A DNA stretch of 64,000 nt from Podarcis gaigeae (Eukaryota): the NCBI GenBank assembly GCA_964106915.2, contig OZ066922.1; one strand, written 5' to 3'. Both the position numbers and the translations under genes were made by a program. A model generated the notes under the pieces. The model did no database searches, had not been told where the DNA came from, and saw only the letters and a program-made list of their open reading frames with translations. Below, in pieces: positions 12,141 to 26,680 of the stretch. The stretch's first letter is position 1. Each line of letters begins with the position of its first letter.

Positions 12141-15100
12141 ATCTACTACTTAAAGCAAGAATTGATGTACCAATACAATTCCACAACATCCATAACATTG
12201 ATCATTATTTTACCTTGTGCCATTTGGCACCTGATAGTGCATGATTTGTCATTCATGTGTAGCTTTCCTCCTCCCATGCCATCACAAATTCATCGTGCTT
12301 TCCTCCTCCCATGCCATCACAAATATAGTATTTACTTTATTTAAAAGACTTTCAAAACACAGATTTCACAGACAGGTTGCAGTAATCACAGCTCCTTAAA
12401 AAAAACACAGCCTAGCATAGCCAAAGTATTAAGAACTAGCAGATTACAATTCTAAAACAGGAGCAACCCAAAAGTCACCTTCATTAAAAGTCAGTTGGAA
12501 CAACTGGGCATCAGGGCTTAAAGCCAGTACTGAGGGGGCCAATAGCTCATTCCAAGGGTGGGAGAAGTTTGCCTTGGTGTGGATAAATGTTTGCTATGTG
12601 GAAACAGAGCAAATGAGGAGGTAATTTGTTTATCCTTTATACACTGAATGTGTATATTTAGCACATTTATCATTTAAAAATAATCTTATTATAAAGCATC
12701 TGGACAACATCTGTCTAGTGGGAAGGAAAAAGAATAGTGGAGACAGGGCAAAGACATCATCATGGCTTGCTCTGGGCAGACTGCCCCCTCTCCCCAAAGG
12801 GCCAACTTCATGTTTTATATCATTTATTTGTTTTAGTATTTTAAAATTGTAAATTGCTTTGGCAGAAAACCCGTCGGTATATAAATACAATAATTAAATA
12901 AACGAACACAGGCAGATGTAAGAGTAAAATCCAGCCATGTTTAGATTTCATTGTCTGGATCTGAAAATTCAGCATAAGTTTATTACTGAATATTCTGTGT
13001 CCCATTGATCGAGAACTTATTTTGATTTATTAAAAATGTTAATTGTTGCATTTGAAGATGTTTTGCTTTCTCTTGGCATATGCACTTTTATTAGTGGATA
13101 ATGCTGGCTGGGAGGAGGTTACTGGGGTAGCACAATATAATTCTGGATGCATTCTGCCCTCAAATTCAGCCTTGGTTAGGGTAAATACTATTTTTGCACC
13201 AAAAGAATTACACGACATAATAAACTGGTTTGTGGAAGATGTAGAAAATCTGCAGACTTGCCAAATGTCTTATGTACAGAAATTAATAATCAGGGGGAAA
13301 TTATTGAATTGCTTATTAATTACCTTGCCCAAAGTATTCAGTATTTATATTTATAATTGCTAGAAAAGGAAAATATTTTGCTATGCAATACTGTTTGCAG
13401 CACAATCCTATACATACAATCCTATACTTTCAAAATCCCATTGTGTTCAATGGGGCTTACTCCCAGAGATGTGTAAAGAATCACAGCTTAAGATGGTTTA
13501 GAAGGGAATTTGGTAAATGAAAATTAGGGTCATTTGGCCACAAATGTGGACTTTTAGATCTCTGGAACATTAAATCTCCCAAGAATGTATTCCCTTAATC
13601 CCTTTCACCCATTTGCAAAGTATTTATAGTTTCCAAAAGCTCTTGGTCTGTTTTACTTCTTCTTGATGATCACCAATAGTCTGCCTGTTCCATCTAATAA
13701 ATCACCTCCCCCAGTGGATATGGAGTTTGGCGATATACTTTATGGCAACAGGAGATGGCAAGCAACAGATGAAGGAGGAGGGGGAAAACAGGCATTAATA
13801 CTGAAAGAAGAGTAATAAAACAGGAGAGAACAAAAAAAAGTGTGGAGGGAATGCTAGAGAAGACATTGCTAGGTTTAAGAATTGGTTTTAGATGTTTAAC
13901 ATGGAAGGATTAACACCTGTGACATTTGCTTGGTGAAATAACAAAGAATGTGCTATCTCAGAGAAGAATGGTATATTCTCACTACTGGTGTTCACTTTTG
14001 TTTGGGAATGTGAATTCGAAACAATATTTGGTTTTGAAAATTACTGAACAAAATGCTGTTTTCAGTTAATTTTGTGTGTTGATTGCACTGAGTTCCAGCC
14101 TAAGAACACCCCATGTCAACAGTTGGTGTGTGAAGTGTGTAAGGTGCCCGTTCACATGGTTCTGGAGTATTAATGTGACAGTTGTAGAGACACTACAGCC
14201 ATCCGTGCAGATTACTGACATCATTGGTCCATGCAGTGCTGGCTGCCAGATTTCTCTGTTCAGGCACAGCATTCCAGTGGAGACTGATCCATTTGGACAA
14301 AGGGGAACTGCCGCACAAATCTCAGACTTCCCCTGGCCAGCCCACCTGCCTTCCTTTTTATTTATAACCACTCCAAGGTATGACACCATCAGCAGCCTTC
14401 CACTTAGGCTCAGTGTTGCCCTTGTTGAAAGCAGAGAGGAGGATAAGAACAAAACTAGAATAAATTGGTTCCCCCTGTCATTGGCTCTGGCTCTTCCTAT
14501 CATTGGTCTGCCTGCCTTACACCCTACCAAGCCCAGTGAACACCACCCATCATTGATTATGACCTCTGCACTACATGAACTGGACTCTCCTCACCCAAGA
14601 CTGCAGCTGATAACCGGTTCCCCATAAGAACACAAGCCATACTGGATTGGAGCAAATATCCATTTAGCCTCTGTCTCAGTAGTGGTCTGCAATCTATCCC
14701 CAGGAAATATGCAAGTGGAGCATGACAATGGTGGTGGTAGTAGATGTCCCATGTTGTTTGAGTCTAGTCTCTTTTAATATGAAATATATATTACTATATC
14801 CGAGTATGGAGCTATCAGAGCTATCAGAGCTCGAAAATATCCATAGATCTACCTTCCATGAATTTGCATTATATTTTTTAAAACCCATCTAACGTGACCA
14901 CAACACCCAGTGGTTGGGGCATTCCACAGGTTAATTATGTACTGTATGGATGGTTCTTTCCTTGAGTTTGTCTTCAAACTACCCTCAATGAGTTTGTCCT
15001 CATCAGTGCCACTCATTGGTGGCCGTGGCCTGAAAATATAGCACAAATTATTTTTATTTATTAATTTTTTAAATCACACTATCCCTTCCTTAGTCCCAGC

Positions 15101-18100
15101 ATAGACTGAAACTGAGATATATCCTATTTTAGAATGGGTATTTTAATTGCAGGACATTTTAGAGAGATATACAGGTTAGAAATCTTAGTGCCCATCTCAG
15201 ATTAAATATATTAACTCCAAGGTCACCACGGAAGCATTGTTTAAAAGGTTTAAACCAACATCCCAAGGAGACTCATTTCAATCTCAATGAAATTCTGCAC
15301 AAGCAGAACTGTGCCTTATTTGTAATGCCTGGTGGGGCACTTAAAGCTTCCATTGTTTATGAAGTAGTCCAGTGTAAGTAATTTGCTTGGGTAAGAGATC
15401 TATGGCATGGGGGTTAAAGGTCTTGCTGGCCTGTGACTCAGAAACAAGAAATGCTCCCGCTTTGTGTGTACATAAAGTTTGGCCACTTCAAATCCTTTTG
15501 AGTAATCATTCACGTGCCTGTGCTTCTGGAGTTTTGCGGCATCTCGTAAGAATTGTTCCCCGTCGCTCCTTTTTAAGAGCCCCTCACAGAGGCTCTTGCG
15601 CCTTTCAAGATGCAGTAATGTGGAAATAAATGCCATGTTTAGCTTAGCATTTCGGATCTCTGAGGTAAATGATATGCTGATTAATGTTGGCAAGGGCCCC
15701 GATGGGTTAGGTAATCAAGCAGTAGCCCAGTCCATTCTCGGATCGCAAGCAGAATTTATTTTGAAACGGCAATAATAAATAAAGAGGAAGAATGATTCGT
15801 CTATAAAATCTCTATGGTTGCCTCATTTTGGAAGCTCAGGAATCACATTATCCTGGTGAGATAATTGTAAAAGCAGCAATAAAAAAAGAAAAACCTGATC
15901 TGAGTAATTGCAGCCATCCTTTTACAAGCAAAGTTATGTCCTCTGACATCTAAACTATCACATATCACCCTCAACACATCTGCTGGAAGATGCAAGGCAG
16001 AGTATCATTTGAAATGTACTCTTTACATGTGAGCATGGGTTGGATTGTCTTTGTTGAGGTAATAGCGTCCACTCTTGCATCTGAAGAAGTGGATGACAGC
16101 CCAGTAAGGCTTTGTGTATATTACCAGCTTAAAACACAGCTATGCCTTTATTTTTCTCAATTTGGATTAGAATATGGTTTTTTTTGGGGGGGGGGGATGC
16201 TGCAAAACACAGCATTCCATATATATTTAGAAATCTTTGAGATGCCACAAGACTCTTTGTTGTTCTACAACAGTCTAATATAATTACATTCTGAAAGTTC
16301 TCACTCTTGGTATTCAAACTTACTGAGCAATCCTATGTTTGTTACCTGAAAGAATTGACTCCCAAGTACATGTACATAGAACTGCAGCCTTATTCACTAC
16401 CTCATTGGAGTTGTTCAGTAAAAAAACCAAGGCTCTTAGCCCCCCCCCCCCTTTCCTTATCTTACATATCACTTTGACTCAGATTCAGAGATTGCTTAAT
16501 TATAGCATGCAGGAACCTATTACTTGCAGCCTCAATACTAGCTCTGATTCAGGCTCTTTCTTAGTCACATATGACAAGTTTCCCATTTTGATGAAAAACA
16601 CATGCTATTTAAGATGGACTTTGCTCGCTCTCACTTTTAAAATTAATGCATTTTATTAATAATTTTAATACAAAAGTAAACAGAATTGAAACTATTGTTC
16701 CAGTACATGTGGGGTGTGGAGTATTTGTCCAATTTGTCCAGTTAACACTATTGTCTTTTGTGACAATATATATAACAAGTTCAACAAGATTTTTGACTTT
16801 TTTCTTTCTCTCTCGCATTATTACCCATAAGGTTGGTTGCATCAGCATCATTGAAAGGTCCCATCATTGCTGTAGAGTAATAAGAAAAGTTGTGGTGTGT
16901 TTTCTTTAATGTGGCAGGGTACCTACATAGGCAATTTGGGAGGGCCAAAGAAACTATGTGAGTCCTAACATCAGCATTGTATAGCATTAATGTTGTTAAC
17001 CAACTATGATAATTTCCCCAAGATTCTGCAGCCCTTTGTATGAGTTTAAAGGCCCATTGGTCTTCAACCACTGCATTGTCACCCCAAACTAGATGAAATA
17101 AAAAGTAAGGTGAAATAGAGAAATGGAAGGAAGGAAGGAATTTCAATAATGCTCCCAAGGCAGTTTAGCACATCACTTGAAATAATTAACATATCACCGT
17201 AATAAAATATCAGTAAAACAGTAGCACACAAGTTTTTAAATTGTAAATTAAAAGCAAATTCCATTTAGCAAGTTGAGATTAAGCTCTAGGTCTAAAAATG
17301 TATTAAACAATACTGCATTCAGCTTTTGCGTGTAGTTCTGGGCTGACACAGAGAGTATTGTCATAGTCAGAGGTGAGTTGAGAACTCATCACGCCTGTGC
17401 TACTCTGATACATGGACACTGTTCTCGGCCATCACCATAAACTGGCTTTGTCCTAAGGTTATAAAAATAAATTATATCTGCAACTTTGTTTCCCCCCCCC
17501 CCGCCCCACAAATATTAACAACAGCTTGAAAACTCATCTTACTCAGTTTCAGATGTTGTGTAATGTTCTTTCAGTGCAGGGAAAGAAGAAGCACAAACAC
17601 TTCTACTAATGCTTCCTGTGGAACATAAAAAGTAGGGAGCAATCTTCAGATGTGTCTGGAGGAGGGAACACATCCTCCCCATGGAAGATGTGGTGCTTGC
17701 AGCTAAAAACTTTATAAAATGATGCCAGAGAAAACTGAAACATGGAACAAATAAGCATTCAATGGCTACTGCCTTAGGCTTCAATTATATGCTGTATTGC
17801 CTACTTCTCCCTACGCACCTCCTGAGTTCCTACTGCCATTGCACAGGAGATGAGCCACTCTCCACTCTTCTCCCCATTTACTCCACTATATATCTCTGCA
17901 CCTCTTCTCCCCATTTACTGCACTATATATCTCAAGCAACTGTATGCCTCTAAGACTGCTTAAATGAACACATATTAGCTAAACATCCCTTTTAAGCTGA
18001 GTCTCGGACTTGGGGCTCGTCCACAGGGAAACCCCACTCTTTGCTGCTGAATCAGAGCAAACATCAGTTGAGTTTTCCAAGGATTGACATTTGCTCTGAT

Positions 18101-18451
18101 TCAGTGGAAAAAAGTGTGTTTCCCCAGGATAAGCAGCAGGGCAAATTGAAAACCATTCAGACCCATGCCTACAAAGTATGAGACAAGTGGAAAACCTTTT
18201 GGATCCATGCTTTCTAGGTACTGGATAAGCAGAAGGGTAGATGGGCCCATGGAAATTGTCATGTTGCAGTTCACCCAATCCACTGGTTGTGAATTTAATT
18301 CATGGTAGATAATTTGATGGCTAAACATACTGGCCATGGCAACCTTAAAGGTAACAACTGTGAATGTATGTGATTGCTTTTAGATGTTTCTAGATATGTT
18401 AAATGCCTTCAAACATTTTTAAGTGTTTTAAATATGTTACTGTATTGTTCA

Positions 18452-18687
18452 AGCCCCTGCCAACCTAGCAGTTCAAAAGCACGAAGTGCAAGTAGATAAA
18501 TAGGGCGGGAAGGTAAGCAGCGTTTCCGTGTGCTGCTCTGGTTCACCAGAAGCAGCTTAGTCATGCTGGCCACATGACCCGGAAGCTGTACGCTGGCTCC
18601 CTCGGCCAGTAAAGTGAGATGAGCGCTGCAACCCCAGAGTTGTCCGTGACTGGACCTAACGGTCAGGGCTCCCTTTACATTTACCTT
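18452..18687 (+). mobile_element. Sauria SINE, different subfamily, 5'-truncated
   Basis: CCTGCCAACCTAGCAGTTC...GATGAGCGCTGCAACCCCAGAG...CCTTTAC tail; 9-bp TSD TATTGTTCA at 18443-18451 and 18688-18696. Confidence 0.88.
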
Positions 18688-21600
18688 TATTGTTCAGGCA
18701 TTTTGATTTTCACAGGCCTGGGATCCTTTGGGAAGAAGAATGGAGTTGAAATTTAATAAAGAAATCAATAATAGTATTTGAGGATATAAAAGAAACAAAA
18801 CGTGAAAGTCAAACAGCATAAAATACTCTTTCTTGCTAACCAGTATCACATTAGCATTTGCGAACGTATTTTTTCCGCAAAAAATACTCAAGAGCTTCCT
18901 GGAGGACTTTGAATCATTAAGACCAATTCAAAACCCAATTTTGATGAAGTTGGTCTCATTGAAATAGGTGGGACTTACTTTTGAGTAAACATGCTTTAGA
19001 TTATACTGCAGGTCATTTGTCAGATACACCATAACCAGTCACATTTTAGTCTGAAGTAATCTTATCCACTCTAGCTTTCAAGTAATTCTTTTGGGTCTCT
19101 AGGTTATTCCCAGATGTTGCTGGACAACAACTTCCATCATTTCTGAACATTTGGAATGATGATAGTTGTAATTCAACAACATCTGAGTAAGGACACTAAG
19201 TTAAGGCAAGCCAGTTTAGACCCTGATACTCCAACAACATAAACATGGTAGATATAAAGACTAGTGGCTTATTTAACTCCCTTTCAGCAATAGCATGTCA
19301 ATGCTTAAATGTGTAAAACTGTGTGTTTACCAAACCCTTATGCAGTAGTTTGTCGTTCCATTGACCTCACTGGGAATTAAATGTAGTCCTTAGAGAGGAA
19401 GTGCTGAAACTGTGCTGCTATAACAGTGAAAACAGGGCATAAATTATTCTACTGAAATATAGAATGTCCTTCTGTCAATACACATATTGTAAAATGTCTA
19501 TAAAAAGTCAGCTGTTTGTTTATTACTGACACATGGCTTGGATTAAGGCAAAGGCTACCTCCCCAATGGCTTGCAATAATATTCCAAAAATCATTCGCAG
19601 CAGACACTGCAGTTTAAAAATAGCTACATGAACTTTTTTCTGTCTAAAGAATATTCTAAAACTGATTTGAAGGCCATTTCTTAGGTTATTATGTTACATG
19701 TCTTTGAGACTAACCCGGACTTCTCTAACTTTGCTGGAAACAAGTTACAAGAAAATACTACATGCTGTTCCCACCCACCCCCACTGCAATTCTAAAGGGA
19801 ATTTATCTTCGAAATAAGGCTGCATTTAGGCACCAAACCCTATAGAAGTCATCCAAGTCAATGGTAGCAATTCTCAGACCTCTTGTTCCAAAGCAATTCT
19901 GCTGACTCAAATGAGGCCATGCTGGAGTAAATGGTTCAAAGTGTCTAAATAGTGTGGCTTGTTTTATATTCAGAGATTCACCACTGCAGCTACATTTCAC
20001 TGGTTCACATGCCAGAAGGAAGCAGGCAGCAAAGAGACACAGCCAAGCAAGAAAGCTCTGGAGGTCAGCAGTAGGTCTTTAACTAAGATGTGGATCAAAG
20101 GAGTTGCCCAGCTAAATTGACTTCCAGTGAATGCACTGCCATTCCATAGGTCTTCTGCTTAACAAGGTCAAAGAAGAACTTTTTTAAAAGGAAGATGTGG
20201 GTTATAATATTGGCACGGTTTCATTAGATTCTTGGCTTAGCTCCCCTGCTTCATGTAAAGAACATAAATTCCTCATGTAAAGAAAAGTCATTCTGGTAAC
20301 AATAGAGCAAGCCTTCAATGTGCCTCATCATGTATAGGCTTTACTTAACAAACTTCTCTAGTAGGAAGAAATTGAAACTATAATGCCTAACTGTGCCAAG
20401 TTGGGAGAAGAGCACTATATACAATTTCCCAGTGTACAGGATTGAACTTGATTTTGAATCAAGAATTATGACTTGCCAGCACCAGCAGCTGGCATTTCAC
20501 TACTATGGTTTCCTTCACATAATGTAAATGGGGAGGGAATACATTTTTTTGTAAATCAACACTTTCGTGCAGAGAAATGTTTCAATGTGAAATATGACTC
20601 TGAATCCTGGAGGCACTCTGGGTGGGTAGTTCCTGAATCCAGATAATTGGTCTATTATCTGCTTTGGATGGGGTCATACTTCTCCTGAAAAAAACAGGCT
20701 CACTGTCGGTGGGTGTTTCTGGGTCCATCTTTGTCCAAGAAGAGGACCAGCTGACCTCATTATCTAGGGGTGCCTTTTACCAGCTTTGGCTGAACTACAT
20801 ACTGTGATTATTCTGCAGAGGAAACATTCACTAGGCCACCACAAACCAACCCTTCCCTCCCCAAGAGCTTCTATCTATATCATGATGAGGTCTTGGGGGG
20901 GGGGGGGATATGGAAGGCACAGCAATGAAAAATGGGATATTCTTACAGGGCTTAACTATACACTAGCCCTTTGGGAGGGGATAGAGTGACTCCTGTAAAT
21001 GAACACTAAGACATACCCTGTTGAATGACCTTTTTACTCAATGCCACTTCCATTGATTCATATGAATATAGCCATACAGTGGTTGTGCATTCTTCTGAGA
21101 AGTCCTCATGAGTTCAGTGGGACTTATCTTCAAGTATCTATGGTACATCCAGCCCAGTACTATCTAGCTGACTGGTAACAGTTCTAAAAGGTCCCCAACA
21201 GAGGTCTTTTGCTATACAGAGAACTTTTGAGATTGAACCTGAGACCCTAAAAAGCAAAGCACACATTCTGTTATTTTTATTACCACCACTTAATTTCTGC
21301 CCCATTGCCTTCTCTTTATACTTCAACTGGAATTTCCCATGCAACAGAACTAACAACTGCACTGATTCTGAATGACGCTTAGGATTTATATATTTTTTTA
21401 AAAAATAATCATGTGGAAATGTTAAGTCCTAATTACACTACATGCTTGTCATCCTAAAATATGCTTTGGTGTACTGCAAAGCCAGTACTAAGAAAATTGC
21501 AATGCCAGCAGTTCCAATGTCAATACTGGAACGTTGCTTTGTGGAAGCACATAAAATGCACTTATTTATTAGCATAGCAAATCTTTGGCTAATGCCAGAA

Positions 21601-22820
21601 GCAAACAAATATATGGAGCTAAAATGAATATGTAAGGAAAGAAGACATATTGGTCATCTTGCTACAATCCTGTTAATGTGGCACACTAGCATCTAAGGAA
21701 AGAAAGAAAATCTCATATTGTGAATGTGCATGAAGCATACCTCTAAGAATATAAGATAAAAGAATTAGCAATGAAATTTGCAGAGTAAATCTGACTTTTT
21801 ATCTTTGTTCTTGTATCACATTGATGGATAGTTGAATGGTATGATACCATTCATATGAAAGCAAAACATAAAGGAAGCTGCACAATGGCCAGTTGTATAT
21901 AAGACACTAATCAAATTTTAACTAGCTGAAACAAATTACTTCCACGTATCTGAAAAGGAAGCCTTATTTCAAAATACTATATTTCTATCTAAAACATTCA
22001 TTTAATGGGAGTCCAAAATGGTCAGAAACTATTAACATGATTAAGTGTGAGTCCAAAATTGTATTCACTTTTTAATAAGAGAGTCATCTCAATCTGGAAT
22101 TTCCACAGTTGCTAAGAAGCCTTTTCTTTATTTGGTGGCCACAGTAACTATTACACCAATATAGTTGGTTCTATTGTATTTGCTGTTCTTAAAACAACAA
22201 CAACAACAACAAAACACATTGGAATATAAGATATTCTGTTTAAAGCACATTTAAACAAACCAGGAGTGTAAAGCTGCCTGGGAAAATGAGATTTAAGTGT
22301 CTAGAAAACTAGATTAGCCTTCTCTACTTGATCTTTGGTGAAATAAAGTTGAACTGAGATGTTTCAAAGCTGACAGGTCCTGGTGAATTCCATTTTAACT
22401 TTGCATTACTGAATCGGAGAGCAGAGGCCATGGGCCCTGTAGCCTTTTTATTGTTCCATGGTTCCACTGAGTTGAGTCTTATGTGAGAATTTCTATTACA
22501 TATGTCTACCAAAGAGCTAAGGCCTCACTAATCGCTTTGCAGTTTATAATGGCCTTCTGCCAATCCTATCGACTCCTTCTGGTTATTGGAGAGACTCAAG
22601 TCCTTGTGATTAATAGCATGTGACATTTGGTTTTTAAAAAAAAATCAAGAAAAAAATAAAGACACATACAACCGATTCACAATAGAGAAATCTTCTAAGT
22701 ATGTAATTCATTTAAACTATTTAAATACTGCAGCCTGTATGTGAAATCCTCCTAGTCTTGAAAAAGTCCCATTAGGACTGGAGTCTTATAGTACTTCGTA
22801 ATGCAGTACTGATTATACTT

Positions 22821-22845
22821 TGATGATGATGATGATGATGATGAT
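22821..22845. repeat. (GAT)n microsatellite
   Basis: About 8 TGA/GAT units. Confidence 0.9.
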
Positions 22846-23779
22846 ACTGTTCCATATAAATATATTTCACCCATTACAAAGCAATAACACCCTTCCTTTT
22901 ACTGAATTATTTTGTTTTATGCACAATCCAAAACAGTTATGAGTAAATAAATAAGTATAAACCGTTCTCTACTAATTTTTCCAAATCAAGTCAACGCTGA
23001 AAATGTCAGTGGAATAAAAACTATGGTTTTCATCCATGATCCTCAGTTATTGATACATTTTTGTGCTACTCTTCTGAAGAGAGTTGGGAAGTGTCTGTCA
23101 TTAACCTCCTAGCATTCTCCCACTGAATTTCTGCTTAGCCCCTCTAGCCAATGATATTATTATTGGCTTAAGTCCAAGTATTCTGTCTTACATGATTTGT
23201 GGATGGAACTTTAAGTCATGTTGTTACTTTAGACACAAAAACAAATGGGTTCTATAGGTGACTATATAACTATGAAGATTACGTCCCAGTGGTTTATTAG
23301 ATTCTAGGGAAAGTCCATAATTTATGTTTGGTTTTATTTTATGCCTAGGTGTACAACAGCTTGCTTCCCAGCCACCCATCTTCTTTAGTTTCTTCATTGC
23401 ACTTTGTCAGCATCTGACATGTAAAATCAGTCAACCTTGTATTTCTTGTCAGGCAATAAACCACTGTTTCTCATTAGGTTTTTAATTACACACCACACAA
23501 AACACGCAACCCTGAAGAAGATGAAGCAATTTTCCTCTTGGTTAATGTAACAGCTAGAAAATGTGCTGTGTTCTAAATAGAGCTCTGTATCCACAACAAT
23601 AAGCAGTGTTTAACTTTCCAGCCAGTTAAAAGGTAATCACATAATTTTCTTTTTTTATTATTCACTTTCTCCAGTGTAAGCGATATATTAATAACTTTAA
23701 CTAGACGGCACTGCTTATTCTCAGTCCCCACAACTAATAACTAATTGCCAGCTCATATCCTAACCGGAAAGACTGCATT

Positions 23780-23990
23780 TCCTCTTACAAACTTGCCCGG
23801 GTTCTGAGATGTTTGGAAGAAGACCTTCTCTTGGTCCCACCACCCTCACAGCCATGCTAAGTAGGGACACAGGAGAGGGCCTTCTCATTGGCTGCTCCCA
23901 GACTTTAGAACTCCCTCCCTAGAGAAGTTCAACTGGCTCCATCCTTGTTGTCCTTCCACCAGCAGATGAAGACCTTCTTGTTCCAGCCGC
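23780..23990 (+). mobile_element. L2 LINE 3' fragment
   Basis: GAGAGGGCCTTCTC...GCTCCCAGACTTTAGAACTCCCTCCC...AAGACCTTCTTGTT (RAFS..APRL.NSLP...KT.LF). Confidence 0.7.
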
Positions 23991-26199
23991 TTATGGGAAC
24001 TGGCTGCTTTTAAAGAAAGGGCTGGTGGCGTTCTGTTTTCATTATCATGATCTGCATGTTTTTAATAGATTTCAGATAACTAGGAAATTGGAATCCGTTT
24101 GGTATTGCAGAAGATACTTAGGATTTCCAGATGCAAAAGAGTACTATGTTTGCTCAGTGTACATCTGTTGAAATGAGTGAATTTGACTAAGTTAGGTCTA
24201 TTAATGCTACTGGGTCTACTCCTGGTAAAACTTTGCTGAATACCTCTCATGGTTCCAACATCTATTATAGTTGTGTAGAAAAAGGGATTTCAGCAGATCT
24301 TGCTTGCATGACAAGCTATACCTGCTGAATTCCCCTCATCTACATACTATGAAAAGTGCAAGAGCACTGTCCCCTCTTGCACCAGGCCACCCTAGAAACT
24401 ATATTGGTGAACTGGAGAAAAATATTAAACCCATTCCACTTCTCCATTTTCACACTAAGCCTCCTCTGTTTCTGTTAACAACTATGCCCTCTTCTCTCTG
24501 AAAAGGTCAAAGGTTAAATATCTTCTTAGTTTTTTTTTAATTGCTTCTTCATTGTTTTATTACTGTTTTTAAAGGCTATTAAGCTGATATCAGTAAAATT
24601 ACAACAGTTTAGTTTAGCACTTCAGGGCAGAGAAAAGGAATTTCATATAAGGTCAAGTTATCAAGCCAACCTGAAAGAATTAACAGTGTTTTTCATAAAC
24701 ACAACACTGCATACATCAAACAAAACAGCTCAGGGGCTACGGAATTTTTTCCTCTAGTGTTGAATTCAGCAGCAAGTGGACAGACAAGAAATACATTTAT
24801 TAAAAAAGAAAGAAAAAACCATGGTATTTCATTCACAGTTCTGTCTGACCTTGAAATGTGGAGCAAAGTCGTTAAGGTTTTCCTCCCCTCTACTACCCAG
24901 TAGGACTACTAAATATAATCTATTATTACCATACATGGTGTAATGAAAAAGCAAAATGTATTTCCATTTTAGGCCACACCTCTTGTCATTTTATGCCTTC
25001 TTCACGTAGCTCCATATACATCAACGAAAAACACTTATGCCTTCAGTGTTTTCTTATAACAGTATTTTTGTACTACTATATATTAAATCCTAATCTCAAG
25101 CCCCTTTAAAATTAAGTCCGCTGTAAACAGATGCAGTTCAGCTTTGTATTTTTGAAGGGGCTAGAATCTTAAAAGGGACAGTTACACACAATTACATGAA
25201 ATTGACAGGAGCAGCACTGAATTGAAAGACGGAGAACAGTGCTCCACCGCATTATATAGAATGCCATGCCCCTTTAACTCATATTCTATACACACAAATA
25301 TTTCTCAGTCCAAACAAACCTCCTAAACAATAGCCCAGTCCAAGAGTCTGTTCAGCATGCTCAACTTTTGAAGCTCGAGTCAGTGAGGGCCCCACGCTCC
25401 CTGGCCAGATAGAAAATGGCCTGCAAGGTCTTCCGAGACTCACAACCAAGTGCTATGTGGACCTTGTAGTTAAAGAACCAGTCACACACATATGGAATCC
25501 CAGTCTGGCCTGGACTCTACACTCCAGCATACTTAAGCCTTTTGACTATTCCCACTATGCATTTGACATTACAATTTACCTCTAACTGATTTGTTCACAT
25601 TAAGTGAACAATAAGCTCAAGCATGGAAAAAGGATTTAGGAAATGTTAAATAGGGTCAATTTTTTGTTCTAGGAATCTAAACACTATATTAACCAATATT
25701 GACAATAGTCATGTAGGCGATGACATAATCTGCTCAGCCGCTTTGGCACAGACTGTATAAGATTTCATGTTTTCGTTTGCAGAACAGTTAGCTTATTTCC
25801 TGCCATTCCTTTTGTATTTTGTCCGTGAACCACAGAACAGGAGTCAGAGTATTAGCTCATTACATTTTTATGAAGCCTAAGGTGTGGGATCATTAGTGAT
25901 CTGTGCAGACTTGCTTCTTTTAAAAGAATAAATACATCCCTGAAATAAATTAGTTCTATAAACTGAGCTTGAATTTTGGTGAGATGGAGGCTCTGGGGAT
26001 GAGGAGTCCCCAGGTCTAGCACATAGTTCTCATGTTCTGCATGGAGTTGCACTTTCTTTGAAGCAGTAGGTAGGTACGTAGCTTAGGGTTGCTCCTGCAT
26101 CCATATTTCTGACTGTAGGCCCAAGTGGCTTCAGTGGCTAGAATTGCCTTCTGCTAGCTGGTGTGACAGTTATGGCTGCTCCTGGTTCAGGATAGAATT

Positions 26200-26680
26200 A
26201 CTTGCCAGGCATTGGTAGCCTCTCAACTGAATGACTGCAATGTGCTCTATATGGAGATTCCCTTCAGTTTGGTTCAGAAGCCGCAGCTAGTGCAGAATGA
26301 AGCAGCAAGGCTACTGAAGGGGTGTGGTATTGAAAGAACGTGCCAACTTTGCTGAAAAAGCTGTATTGGATGCCAGTATGCTACAAGTCCATGTTTAAGA
26401 TCTTGCTATTGGCATACAAAGCCCTGAACAACTTGGATTCAGGTTACCATCAGGAACACCATAGATTATCTATCCTTGGCTGCTAACTTCAGTCCTTGGG
26501 AAAGACACTCTCAGTAGCACTGTATGCTCCCAAAGTTCATCTTATATTTCTAAGTCTAGGGCCTTTAGTGTGGTGGCACCTTCAGTCTGAAATGCATTTC
26601 TAATGAACATCAGACATGCAGCTAAAGTATTGTCATTTAGGTATCTGCTTAAAACTCATCCTTTCATCCAGGCTTTCCCT
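26200..26680 (+). mobile_element. Old L2 LINE 3' fragment
   Basis: Degenerate DYCN.LY, LVQ.AA, L.W.PV...FK.L.L.YKALNNLG and RAFSVVAP-type codon runs. Confidence 0.65.
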
